From a virus: a stretch of 37,128 bases of DNA. Both the position numbers and the translations under genes were made by a program. Position 1 is the first letter of the stretch; every line of letters starts with the position of its first letter. Where the stretch lies: positions 1 through 37,128 of IMG/VR virus record IMGVR_UViG_3300023284_002577; one strand, 5' to 3'. The notes under the pieces are model-generated. The model saw only the letters and a program-made list of their open reading frames with translations. It did no database searches and was not told where the DNA came from. Of this stretch, positions 1 to 7,483 are shown in pieces.

Positions 1-144
1 TTCATCAAGTTTTATAAAATCTTCGTATTTTGCATCAAGCGGCATATCGTAATATACATACACTTCAATGTCTTTGTAGATGCATTCGCGATAAAATTCG
101 TAAGCAGTTTCTTCGCAATTTAAATCATCATCGGAATGGCACCA
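1..144. repeat. Terminal direct repeat, copy A (identical to 36985..37128); circularisation overlap
   Basis: Read directly: bases 1-144 (ttcatcaagttttataaaatc...tcggaatggcacca) recur exactly at the 3' end of the window. Unit length is 36984 bp. Confidence 0.95.
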
Positions 145-219
145 AAATTCTTTGGATAACCGAAATTCTGAGCTAGTCATGATGCTCAGTATTTTATCTG
201 CATTATCTGCATAGTTCAT
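1..219 (-). CDS. 5' part of an acidic 124-aa hypothetical protein that wraps the junction (3' part at 36829..36984)
   Basis: ATG at 219 preceded by GAGGAAA. Translation MNYADNADKILSIMTSSEFRLSKEFWCHSDDDLNCEETAYEFYRECIYKDIEVYVYYDMPLDAKYEDFIKLDE continues in frame into ORF 36829..37047. Confidence 0.7.
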   Translation of the reverse strand, partial: MNYADNADKILSIMTSSEFRLSKEFWCHSDDDLNCEETAYEFYRECIYKDIEVYVYYDMPLDAKYEDFIKLDE

Positions 220-232
220 AATAGTTTCCTCT

Positions 233-261
233 TTGTTAATTACTGCCGACTCGTATATAAT
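233..261 (+). promoter_or_regulatory. Sigma70-like promoter of the late operon (TTGTTA-17-TATAAT)
   Basis: TTGTTA at 233-238, 17-nt spacer, TATAAT at 256-261, in the divergent intergenic region upstream of terS. Confidence 0.55.
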
Positions 262-319
262 AGCATCTGAGACAAGATTAAATATCAGTCAAATCTTAAA
301 CTTATGTAAGAGATCACCG

Positions 320-757
320 ATGGAAAAAGAAAGAAAGCTGACTTTTAAGCAAGAACTGTTTGCTAAAGCTTATGTAGCTACAAAAGGAAATGGAATTAAG
401 TCTTATAAAAGAGCGGGTTATGCGTGTGAGAATATGGCAGATACAGCCATCGGTTCCGAAGCTTCTGATCTTCTGAGGCACCCCGTCGTTTCCCAGAAAA
501 TAGAAGATCTACGCGAAGAGATGCACTATAGGCTAGGTGTAGACGAAGAATCTCTGTTGATCATCGGAAAAGAACTCTTGGATTCAGCTAATGATACAGA
601 TGAAATACGGGGCGGGGTAGCGGCATTAAATGAGTTGAACAAAATGCTCGGTCGTCACAAAGCTCCTCAAGCTTCAAAAGATGACGTACAGATTCACAAA
701 GTTCAATTAGTGGGGATGCCGGACAACGGCCATGTTAATAAAGAGGAAAAAATATGA
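320..757 (+). CDS. terS: Terminase small subunit
   Basis: Motif LTFKQELFAKAYV...GNGIKSYKRAGY...SEASDLLRHPVVSQKIEDL resembles Terminase_2-type small terminases. It sits upstream of terL. The ATG at 320 is chosen over the TTG at 233, which overlaps the promoter. Confidence 0.75.
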   Translation: MEKERKLTFKQELFAKAYVATKGNGIKSYKRAGYACENMADTAIGSEASDLLRHPVVSQKIEDLREEMHYRLGVDEESLLIIGKELLDSANDTDEIRGGVAALNELNKMLGRHKAPQASKDDVQIHKVQLVGMPDNGHVNKEEKI

Positions 758-1095
758 GTGATAAAAAAGAATATGTAGTTATTGTGCACGGCATATCAAA
801 GCCTCGGAGCTATTCGATCGAACTATTTCGCAAAGGGAAAAAAGGAGAGGTTGGAAATTGGCCCGATGAATTTCTATGGCAGATCGCGAAAAAAACTGAG
901 GGATGGGAAGGTTCCAACTTTGTTTTTAATGTCCCCGAAGCAATAGGGGTGACACGCACCTTTTTGCTATTACCGGATAATGTTCCTCATTTTGAGTTGA
1001 GTGAGTTGAAAAGGCGACTGGATTGCTGGGATGGGGAAAAATCTTCGTTGTCCAAGATCGTTGAGACCGCAATGCGGGAAATAGAAAAGCTTTAA
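754..1095 (+). CDS. Hypothetical protein between terS and terL; paralogue of 23210..23554
   Basis: ATGA overlap with terS. Shares PR(S/T)Y.IE... and L...WDG(E/K)K.SLS motifs with the early-strand 114-aa protein. Confidence 0.7.
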   Translation: MSDKKEYVVIVHGISKPRSYSIELFRKGKKGEVGNWPDEFLWQIAKKTEGWEGSNFVFNVPEAIGVTRTFLLLPDNVPHFELSELKRRLDCWDGEKSSLSKIVETAMREIEKL

Positions 1096-1096
1096 T

Positions 1097-1116
1097 TGTG
1101 GATAAGCTGTGGGTAA
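1097..1116. promoter_or_regulatory. Pair of DnaA-box-like 9-mers (TGTGGATAA, TGTGGGTAA), 11-bp phasing
   Basis: TGTGGATAA at 1097-1105 is the exact reverse complement of the DnaA box consensus TTATCCACA. The second box at 1108-1116 matches 8/9. The pair follows the TAA stop at 1093-1095. Confidence 0.6.
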
Positions 1117-1134
1117 CTCATGTATAATGCATGA

Positions 1135-2547
1135 GTGATCAATCAAACTGTAGACCCTCAAATCATGGCCCCACAACCTGGGCCTCAAACTGCTTTCTTG
1201 GCTACCAAAGCTGATATCGCGATCGGAGGAGGTGCAGCGGGGGGCGGTAAAACTTACGGATTGATTCTTGATCCGATTCGATTTTTCAACCTCGACTATA
1301 TTAATGGGGCAATCTTCCGCCGTCACCAAGAAGATTTAACATTGCCGGGTGCTGTTTGGATTGAGAGTCAAAAAGTCTATGCGCAACTCGGCTTAACGCC
1401 AAATCTTACTAAGCTTCAATATCGTTTTTCCAAAAACTCTTATCTCAAGTTTAGCGGCCTACAATACGAGTACACCGTGCTCAAGTGGCAAGGAGCGCAA
1501 TTAGATTTCCTCGGATTCGACGAGTTGACTCACTTTTCTGAAGATCAGTTCTGGTACTTAATCGGCCGGCTGAGAAGTGTGAGCGGTCAAATAACGCCCT
1601 ATTGTCGAGCGACTTGTAATCCCGAAAAGGGCTGGGTCTTTGAGTTATTGGAATGGTGGATTGATAAAACTACGGGTTATCCAATTCCTGAGCGTAGCGG
1701 GAAGCTGCGTTGGTTGCTTCGGATCGATGATGTTAAATATTGGTTTGACACTAAGCAAGCTGCACTAGATCATCGGGATCGTGTCAAGCTATCGGACAAA
1801 ATACAACCACTGTCCGTGACATTCATTCCCTCTACCCTCAATGACAATCAAATACTGCTCAAAAATGATCCAACATATTATGCAAAGCTTGCGCAACTCT
1901 CCGAAGCTGAGAAACAAAAACTGTTGTACGGCCGATGGTTCTTTGCTCCGACGGGTAAGCTTTTCAAACCCGTGTGGTTTCAGCATTTCGTGATTGAGCC
2001 AGATCAAAAAGAGGTCATCCTCATTACGACGGACACAGCGAGTTCGATCAAGACAGCTAATGATTACACAGTCTTTCAAGTCTGGACACGATCCCAAGGG
2101 AAGATTTATTTGTTGAGTCAAATGCGAGGACGCTTTACCGCAAGCGAGCAGCTTAATCTTCTCACGCATCTCATCCTACATACTAAAGCCCGCTATGTGA
2201 GTATTGAGAAAGCTTCTACGGGTTTTCATTTGATCCAGGAAATTGTGCAAAAGACCGGGGTGATCAAATTAGAAATGGATCGCAACAAAGACAAATACAT
2301 GCGAGCGTACGACATTCAAGAATATGTGGAGCGTGGATATTGTTATCTCAACCCGACGGCAGATTACTACACAGATTTTATTTCAGAGCATGCAGCCTTC
2401 GCGCCTGAGAATAAAAATCGATCTAGCGTCTTTGACGATCAGGTGGATTGTTTTATCGATGCTGTACATCATTTACTTGTGGATAAAATAGGGTATAATC
2501 AAACTCAGATTGATTTAAAACCTCATTATACCTTTCGGAGGAAATAA
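1135..2547 (+). CDS. terL: Terminase large subunit
   Basis: Walker A GGGAAGGGKT, Walker B-like LDFLGFDELTHF, and a C-terminal nuclease-like half. 470 aa from the GTG at 1135; an ATG at 1165 (MAPQPGPQ) is an equally plausible start. Confidence 0.9.
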   Translation: MINQTVDPQIMAPQPGPQTAFLATKADIAIGGGAAGGGKTYGLILDPIRFFNLDYINGAIFRRHQEDLTLPGAVWIESQKVYAQLGLTPNLTKLQYRFSKNSYLKFSGLQYEYTVLKWQGAQLDFLGFDELTHFSEDQFWYLIGRLRSVSGQITPYCRATCNPEKGWVFELLEWWIDKTTGYPIPERSGKLRWLLRIDDVKYWFDTKQAALDHRDRVKLSDKIQPLSVTFIPSTLNDNQILLKNDPTYYAKLAQLSEAEKQKLLYGRWFFAPTGKLFKPVWFQHFVIEPDQKEVILITTDTASSIKTANDYTVFQVWTRSQGKIYLLSQMRGRFTASEQLNLLTHLILHTKARYVSIEKASTGFHLIQEIVQKTGVIKLEMDRNKDKYMRAYDIQEYVERGYCYLNPTADYYTDFISEHAAFAPENKNRSSVFDDQVDCFIDAVHHLLVDKIGYNQTQIDLKPHYTFRRK

Positions 2548-2549
2548 AC

Positions 2550-2858
2550 ATGGCTAAATTAACCACTGCCGTTAGAAATAGTCTCCCTCGCTCAGCATTT
2601 GCCCAGCCGGCTAAGAGAGCCTATCCCCTTTACACCCGCGTAGGGAATTCCCCAACGGGTAAACTCATTCCTTCTCCCTCCCATGCAGCGAATGCGAAAG
2701 CACGGGCGGCGCAACATGCTGGCGGCAAACTTAAAAAAAAGATAGATGCAAAAGCTAACCGAATGCTTTATGGATCTTCTAAAGAGCCTGGGAAGGATAA
2801 AAAGAAATCCAAAGAGAATAGCGACAAGATTGTTAACCATATCACTAGGAGATATTAA
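2550..2858 (+). CDS. Small basic hypothetical protein
   Basis: GGAGG RBS and tight packing. The SLPRSAFA...YPL...HAANAKARA motif is reminiscent of small phage head-module proteins. Function unknown. Confidence 0.65.
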   Translation: MAKLTTAVRNSLPRSAFAQPAKRAYPLYTRVGNSPTGKLIPSPSHAANAKARAAQHAGGKLKKKIDAKANRMLYGSSKEPGKDKKKSKENSDKIVNHITRRY

Positions 2859-3220
2859 TGACCAAAAAACTAACTGAAGAAATTGAAGCTCGCGTGGAAG
2901 ATAGCCAACGGGAAGCTCAAGGGGCCCCTCAATCCCTAATACCCAGCGAGGAAATGATCCCTAAAGCGAAACTTCAAGAGCTCATTGATGCAGCCATTAA
3001 AAAAGAAATGGAAACCCAAATTGCCAATCCTTTCAAAAAGAATGATGCGCAAATTCAGGCTTATTTAGATAGAGCCGGGCTTACTAATAAGGATTTTGCC
3101 ATTAAGCTCATGAATTTGCATGTCCAAGCCAAATGGGCGAGTGTTTTACGCGATGAGCATATGGCCTGGGAGAAAGAACAAATTTGGTCTTTTATTCGCG
3201 CAAAATATAAAGCAGACTAG
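2858..3220 (+). CDS. Hypothetical protein
   Basis: TAATG coupling to the upstream gene; helical, charged 120-aa ORF. Confidence 0.65.
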   Translation: MTKKLTEEIEARVEDSQREAQGAPQSLIPSEEMIPKAKLQELIDAAIKKEMETQIANPFKKNDAQIQAYLDRAGLTNKDFAIKLMNLHVQAKWASVLRDEHMAWEKEQIWSFIRAKYKAD

Positions 3221-3222
3221 CC

Positions 3223-5232
3223 ATGCAAATAACTCCTCAACTCATTTGGGACCTTCAAGATAAATGGAAAACGTATATGGAGGACTCCTGGGAACGGGGT
3301 GAAGACAGTATAGATTTCATTGAAAAGTCGGAACAAGGAGGGGACGACACCGACAATAGCCCAAATTTTGAACAGCTCGCTTTTAATTTCATGTACAAGC
3401 TGTTAAAGACGGTTCAAGCCAAAGGTGCTGAAATTGAATTGTCTTTGGCATTGAGCAGTAATTGCGCAGAAGACAGCCCTTCTGAAAAAACTTTCAAAGA
3501 GCTCGTGCATGCTGTCATGATGAATGAGGATAATATTACGGAGCTGGCTGCCTCATTAAGCAAAACTTATTCGTTTGGCCAAGGGATTATTCATGTGAAG
3601 AATCGCAGGGAAAGCGAAGACACGCTGAACGAAGTTCTATGCCTTGAAAATATCGAAGATCCTACCACCGTTTTCTTTGATACTGAAGCGTCTAAAAGCG
3701 ATTTTAATGATGGGAACTTCTGCGGGAGGTTATACAAAGTCTCGGCTAAAAAGCTGCGAGAATTATATGGCGATAAGGTACGCGAAATTCCAGAAGGGGA
3801 TACGGCTCAAGTATGCGATTTTTGGGTAAAAGAAAAGGTTGAAGTCCTCTATATTCCTTTAACTTCTGGACAATATAAACGGGCTGACTTGGTGAAGCCG
3901 CAAATTGATATGCAGAATTTACTCAAGAAGAAAAGAAAAGGGATTGCGACTAAGATGTCCTATTATCGCGTTGTTAAAGACGTGAACACCTTTGTTGAGA
4001 AGCAGAAAAAGCTAGATTTCACGGAGCTTCCTTTAAAATATAATGCTGGGCAAACGATTTGGGACGCTAAGTTAAAGCGATTTGCGAGTTATCCATTTGG
4101 ATCTCATTTACAGGATACACAGATATTACTTAATTACTGTGCTTCTGTGCTTGCGCAGGTGATGAAAACGACGCAGTCCGACAAATGGCTTTTTAGTCCC
4201 ACCCATTTAATGAGTGAGAAAGCCAAAGATGCTGCGGATGAAATTAATGTGCGCGACGGGGGGTTGGTTTTTGATGGAGATTTAACAACGATTCGCCGTG
4301 AACCTTCTCAGCAATTACCCCCTCAATTAATCCAAATGTTTACACAGTTGCAGTCCACTATTCAGGTATTGGCGGGCAGTTATTTTGAAAATGATTCTGC
4401 CACTGTTAAAGCTATTTCGGGCGTGGCTGTTAATAAAATATTTGAACGGGAGGATCTCTTACAGAATCCTGTCATCAAAGCACACATCAAGACAGTTAAT
4501 AATGTGGGGAAAGCTTTAAAAGAAATGATCCCCATCTATTACTGGCAACAACGCACAATTTGCGTCAAAGAAGAAGATGGTACCCAAAAGCGCATTATCA
4601 TTAATCAACAAGATGAAGAACCCAACGGTATTAAGATTATTAAAAACAATGTGAAGGATTTGCGCACTTTATATGATTATAAAATTACGGGGGCGCCTTC
4701 TAAGCGACTTCAAAAACAAAATACCCAAATTGAGTTACAAAAGATTTATCAAGTGTATCAACCGGCTATTCCAATGACGATTGATCTGTATGCAAAATCT
4801 CTTGATATTCCCCTTGCGGATGTGTTGGCCAAGCGATTAGGGGTTAATATTCCTCCGGCGCTTGTCGCCTATGGACGTGGTGATATCAATGAAGCGAAGT
4901 ATCGCGAATTGGCTGCTGAAGCTAAGAAACAAGAACAAATAGAAATGGCGAAGAGCGCACCGGCGCAAGCCTTAAAAGCTAAAACTCAACGGGATCAAGC
5001 CGAAGCGCATAGTACTATCACCAGATCTCAAAGTGATGCTCTCAATGCAGAGACTAATCGGCTCAAAGAAGAATCCAATGCTGCTAACAATCATATTAAA
5101 AGTGTGAGTGACGCAGTTAAAGTTTCTATGGAAAATGCAAATACGCAGCATCAACAAAAGATAGACGTATTTAATAAAATAATCGAACATGACAAGCCGC
5201 TTCAAGAAAAGCCATCAAGCGGGGAATTATAA
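3223..5232 (+). CDS. Portal protein (P22-like, with C-terminal helical barrel-like tail)
   Basis: 669 aa, located after terL. The C-terminal ~110 aa are Ala/Gln/Lys-rich and helical, like the P22 gp1 barrel. Confidence 0.7.
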   Translation: MQITPQLIWDLQDKWKTYMEDSWERGEDSIDFIEKSEQGGDDTDNSPNFEQLAFNFMYKLLKTVQAKGAEIELSLALSSNCAEDSPSEKTFKELVHAVMMNEDNITELAASLSKTYSFGQGIIHVKNRRESEDTLNEVLCLENIEDPTTVFFDTEASKSDFNDGNFCGRLYKVSAKKLRELYGDKVREIPEGDTAQVCDFWVKEKVEVLYIPLTSGQYKRADLVKPQIDMQNLLKKKRKGIATKMSYYRVVKDVNTFVEKQKKLDFTELPLKYNAGQTIWDAKLKRFASYPFGSHLQDTQILLNYCASVLAQVMKTTQSDKWLFSPTHLMSEKAKDAADEINVRDGGLVFDGDLTTIRREPSQQLPPQLIQMFTQLQSTIQVLAGSYFENDSATVKAISGVAVNKIFEREDLLQNPVIKAHIKTVNNVGKALKEMIPIYYWQQRTICVKEEDGTQKRIIINQQDEEPNGIKIIKNNVKDLRTLYDYKITGAPSKRLQKQNTQIELQKIYQVYQPAIPMTIDLYAKSLDIPLADVLAKRLGVNIPPALVAYGRGDINEAKYRELAAEAKKQEQIEMAKSAPAQALKAKTQRDQAEAHSTITRSQSDALNAETNRLKEESNAANNHIKSVSDAVKVSMENANTQHQQKIDVFNKIIEHDKPLQEKPSSGEL

Positions 5233-6570
5233 ATGGTCCCATTAGATATTCAACAAGGTACGCTTCCAGCGGTTGATAGACAGCTTAACAACCCTCGTTT
5301 GCGCGGCGGCTTTGTTAATCTTAAAAAACAAATTCAATTACATCCCAATATCGACAAACTTTTTGATTTCTCAAATGCCCGTGCAATTTTTGAATCTACC
5401 TTTAAAAAGAGAATTATCGTGGTGACACAGGGAGAGGTTTTATATATTGAAAATAATGGGATTAATGTCGTGGGCCCAATTATAGCCACTACCAGTGCTG
5501 TAAGGTTAGCTGAAAATACAGCGAATGAAATCACTATTGTGAATGGGGCAGCTGCGTGGGTTTTTAGTCAGGTAATCAATTCGTTTGTGAAATTAAATAG
5601 TGCAAACAATGGATTTGATCTTTCCAATCCGGTGGACGTTACAGTTTTAAATACTATTACTATTATCGTGGGGGGCACTGATAAGCGCTGGAGTCCGAGT
5701 GAGGCCAATAATGCATTGGAATATGGAGGCAATGAAGTAGTTGTCACTGATAACTCGGTGGGAAATTTAACGGGATGTGAAGATCTAAATAACAACCTTT
5801 TCATTTTTGGCACAGGCGGGGTTCAAAGATGGGTTCCTTCTATTGAAAGATTGCCCACAGATTTCCCTTTTACGCAAGATCCCACCTATCGAGATGATTA
5901 CGGCTGCGTCTCCACAGGTTCTTTAATTACCGATAACAACCAATTATTTTATTTAAGCCAAGAAGGTAAAGTAAGGATGATGACTGATCAGGGTCGCGGC
6001 GACAGCACCAACGACGGCATAGAAAATATCATTCGAAACTTTACAGATCCTACCAATTCTTTTGGATCCTATTATTATCATAAAGGTTATTATTTCTACA
6101 GTTTATCTTTCCCCGATAACAAAAATACGTTTGTTTATTGCCCCAAGGCCAAGCGCTGGAGTGAAAGCGATCAATTGTGGTTAGGATTTTCTGGAAATGC
6201 TTTGCTCGTGGATGGTGTTTATGAAATAAATTCAGATTTCACAGTCAATGGAAAAACACTTGTTATCCAAACCCCTTATTTTATGCCTAAACTCACCAAT
6301 CTCTATGCACGTTCAGTGTTAGGTAGTGTGATGCTAGAGATTACGCAAGGTAAGAATGAAAGTGATGACACACAAGTTTGTTTCTTACAAGTGTCCAAAG
6401 ATAATATTGTGTATGGAAATTCGGTGACGCGTCGTTTATCGGCCACGGCTAAACGCCTCTTTCAATTCAGATGGTACATGAATGTCGCCAATAATGGATT
6501 TTCCTTACGCTTCACTCTTCAATTAAAGCAAGATATTGCGTGTCGAAGTGCTTTTATTTCTCTTTCCTAA
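5233..6570 (+). CDS. Virion protein, possibly P22 gp10-like tail hub / DNA stabilisation protein
   Basis: 445 aa and beta-rich. Motifs LFIFGTGGVQRW and C-terminal VSKDNIVYGN...RLFQFRW...GFSLRF resemble remembered P22 gp10 segments (FIVCFGSSTIEYF; SATTDGINYG...VLWKRVG...GFKLRV). Confidence 0.4.
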   Translation: MVPLDIQQGTLPAVDRQLNNPRLRGGFVNLKKQIQLHPNIDKLFDFSNARAIFESTFKKRIIVVTQGEVLYIENNGINVVGPIIATTSAVRLAENTANEITIVNGAAAWVFSQVINSFVKLNSANNGFDLSNPVDVTVLNTITIIVGGTDKRWSPSEANNALEYGGNEVVVTDNSVGNLTGCEDLNNNLFIFGTGGVQRWVPSIERLPTDFPFTQDPTYRDDYGCVSTGSLITDNNQLFYLSQEGKVRMMTDQGRGDSTNDGIENIIRNFTDPTNSFGSYYYHKGYYFYSLSFPDNKNTFVYCPKAKRWSESDQLWLGFSGNALLVDGVYEINSDFTVNGKTLVIQTPYFMPKLTNLYARSVLGSVMLEITQGKNESDDTQVCFLQVSKDNIVYGNSVTRRLSATAKRLFQFRWYMNVANNGFSLRFTLQLKQDIACRSAFISLS

Positions 6571-6572
6571 GT

Positions 6573-6592
6573 TGTGGATAACCTGTGTATAA
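6573..6592. promoter_or_regulatory. Pair of DnaA-box-like 9-mers (TGTGGATAA, TGTGTATAA), 11-bp phasing
   Basis: A perfect box at 6573-6581 and an 8/9 box at 6584-6592, ending 3 nt before the -35 of the scaffold promoter. Confidence 0.6.
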
Positions 6593-6595
6593 GTC

Positions 6596-6624
6596 TTGAT
6601 TTTAGGTTGAGAGGGGTTTATAAT
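6596..6624 (+). promoter_or_regulatory. Sigma70-like promoter (TTGATT-17-TATAAT) upstream of the scaffold gene
   Basis: TTGATT at 6596-6601, exact 17-nt spacer, consensus TATAAT at 6619-6624. Confidence 0.65.
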
Positions 6625-6648
6625 TTCTTCTAACTAATGAGGGAAATT

Positions 6649-7302
6649 ATGGCCGACGAAAACGTAGCAACTCCTGAAGCAGAAACTTTCACTAAAGACA
6701 AAGTTGAGGAAATGATTAAAAATCGTCTCCGCAAACACATGGATGAAAAGACTCAACTCATGGCTGAAAACGAGGCATTGAAAGCGCAGAATGGTGCGGC
6801 TGCTCCGGCTGCTCCTTCGGCTCCCGCTCAAACTCCCAGCGCTCCTCCGGGCCCCCAGGGTCTGACACCAGAAGCTTTTCAAGAAGGTCTTCAAGAAAAT
6901 AACAAACGTCTTCAAGAACAAATGTCTGTCATGCAGGCTAAGGCGCATTATCAAAATACTGTTCAGCGCATGGTCAATGAAGATGAGAAGTTCAAGAAAC
7001 TCACGGATGGAACCAATTCCTTAGGAGTGCCCGAAGCCGTTGGTATTCATATTGTCAATGCTATTTCTCCTGAGAAAGCTAAAAACGTCCTCACTAAATT
7101 GCTGAGCGATGAGGGGATGAATAACAAAATGAGAGTAGAATATATGGAAGGCAGGTTTAATGAGTATTTAAGCAAGCTCCTTACTCAAAATCCGACCGAT
7201 CCGGACGCTGCACCAGCCTCTGTGCCTGATCTTTCCAATCAAAGCGTCAAGGAAGGGCTGACCCCCAACTATGACAACCTGGATAATTACTTAAACCGCT
7301 AA
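6649..7302 (+). CDS. Scaffolding protein
   Basis: Lies between the portal/hub genes and the coat gene. Helical and acidic, with an Ala/Pro-rich linker (AAAPAAPSAPAQTPSAPPGPQG). GAGGG SD lies 5 nt before the ATG at 6649; the ORF also opens at 6637. Confidence 0.65.
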   Translation: MADENVATPEAETFTKDKVEEMIKNRLRKHMDEKTQLMAENEALKAQNGAAAPAAPSAPAQTPSAPPGPQGLTPEAFQEGLQENNKRLQEQMSVMQAKAHYQNTVQRMVNEDEKFKKLTDGTNSLGVPEAVGIHIVNAISPEKAKNVLTKLLSDEGMNNKMRVEYMEGRFNEYLSKLLTQNPTDPDAAPASVPDLSNQSVKEGLTPNYDNLDNYLNR

Positions 7303-7303
7303 T

Positions 7304-7323
7304 TGTGGATATCCTGTGGATAA
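7304..7323. promoter_or_regulatory. Pair of DnaA-box-like 9-mers (TGTGGATAT, TGTGGATAA), 11-bp phasing
   Basis: An 8/9 box at 7304-7312 and a perfect box at 7315-7323, ending 3 nt before the -35 of the coat promoter. Confidence 0.6.
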
Positions 7324-7326
7324 CTA

Positions 7327-7355
7327 TTGACTTTCCTTAAACCTTCCCGTATTCT
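7327..7355 (+). promoter_or_regulatory. Sigma70-like promoter (TTGACT-17-TATTCT) upstream of the coat gene
   Basis: TTGACT at 7327-7332, 17-nt spacer, TATTCT at 7350-7355. It is followed by a leader of about 120 nt. Confidence 0.5.
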
Positions 7356-7483
7356 TTAATTTCCACTACTAGCGTGAGCATTAGCTAGTCGTTTCCGTAA
7401 CGTTAAAACGAGATCTTTGGCTGTTTGGCTGTAATCTCGCCCATTACGAAATATAAACTCGTAATAATCGTTAAGGAACTCCT

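Noticed and set aside
1-144. Interpretation of the 144-bp repeat as T7-like physical direct terminal repeats
   Set aside because: The repeat lies within a coding sequence, and the head module is P22-like with a terS/terL pair (headful type). An assembly overlap of a circular or permuted genome is more parsimonious.
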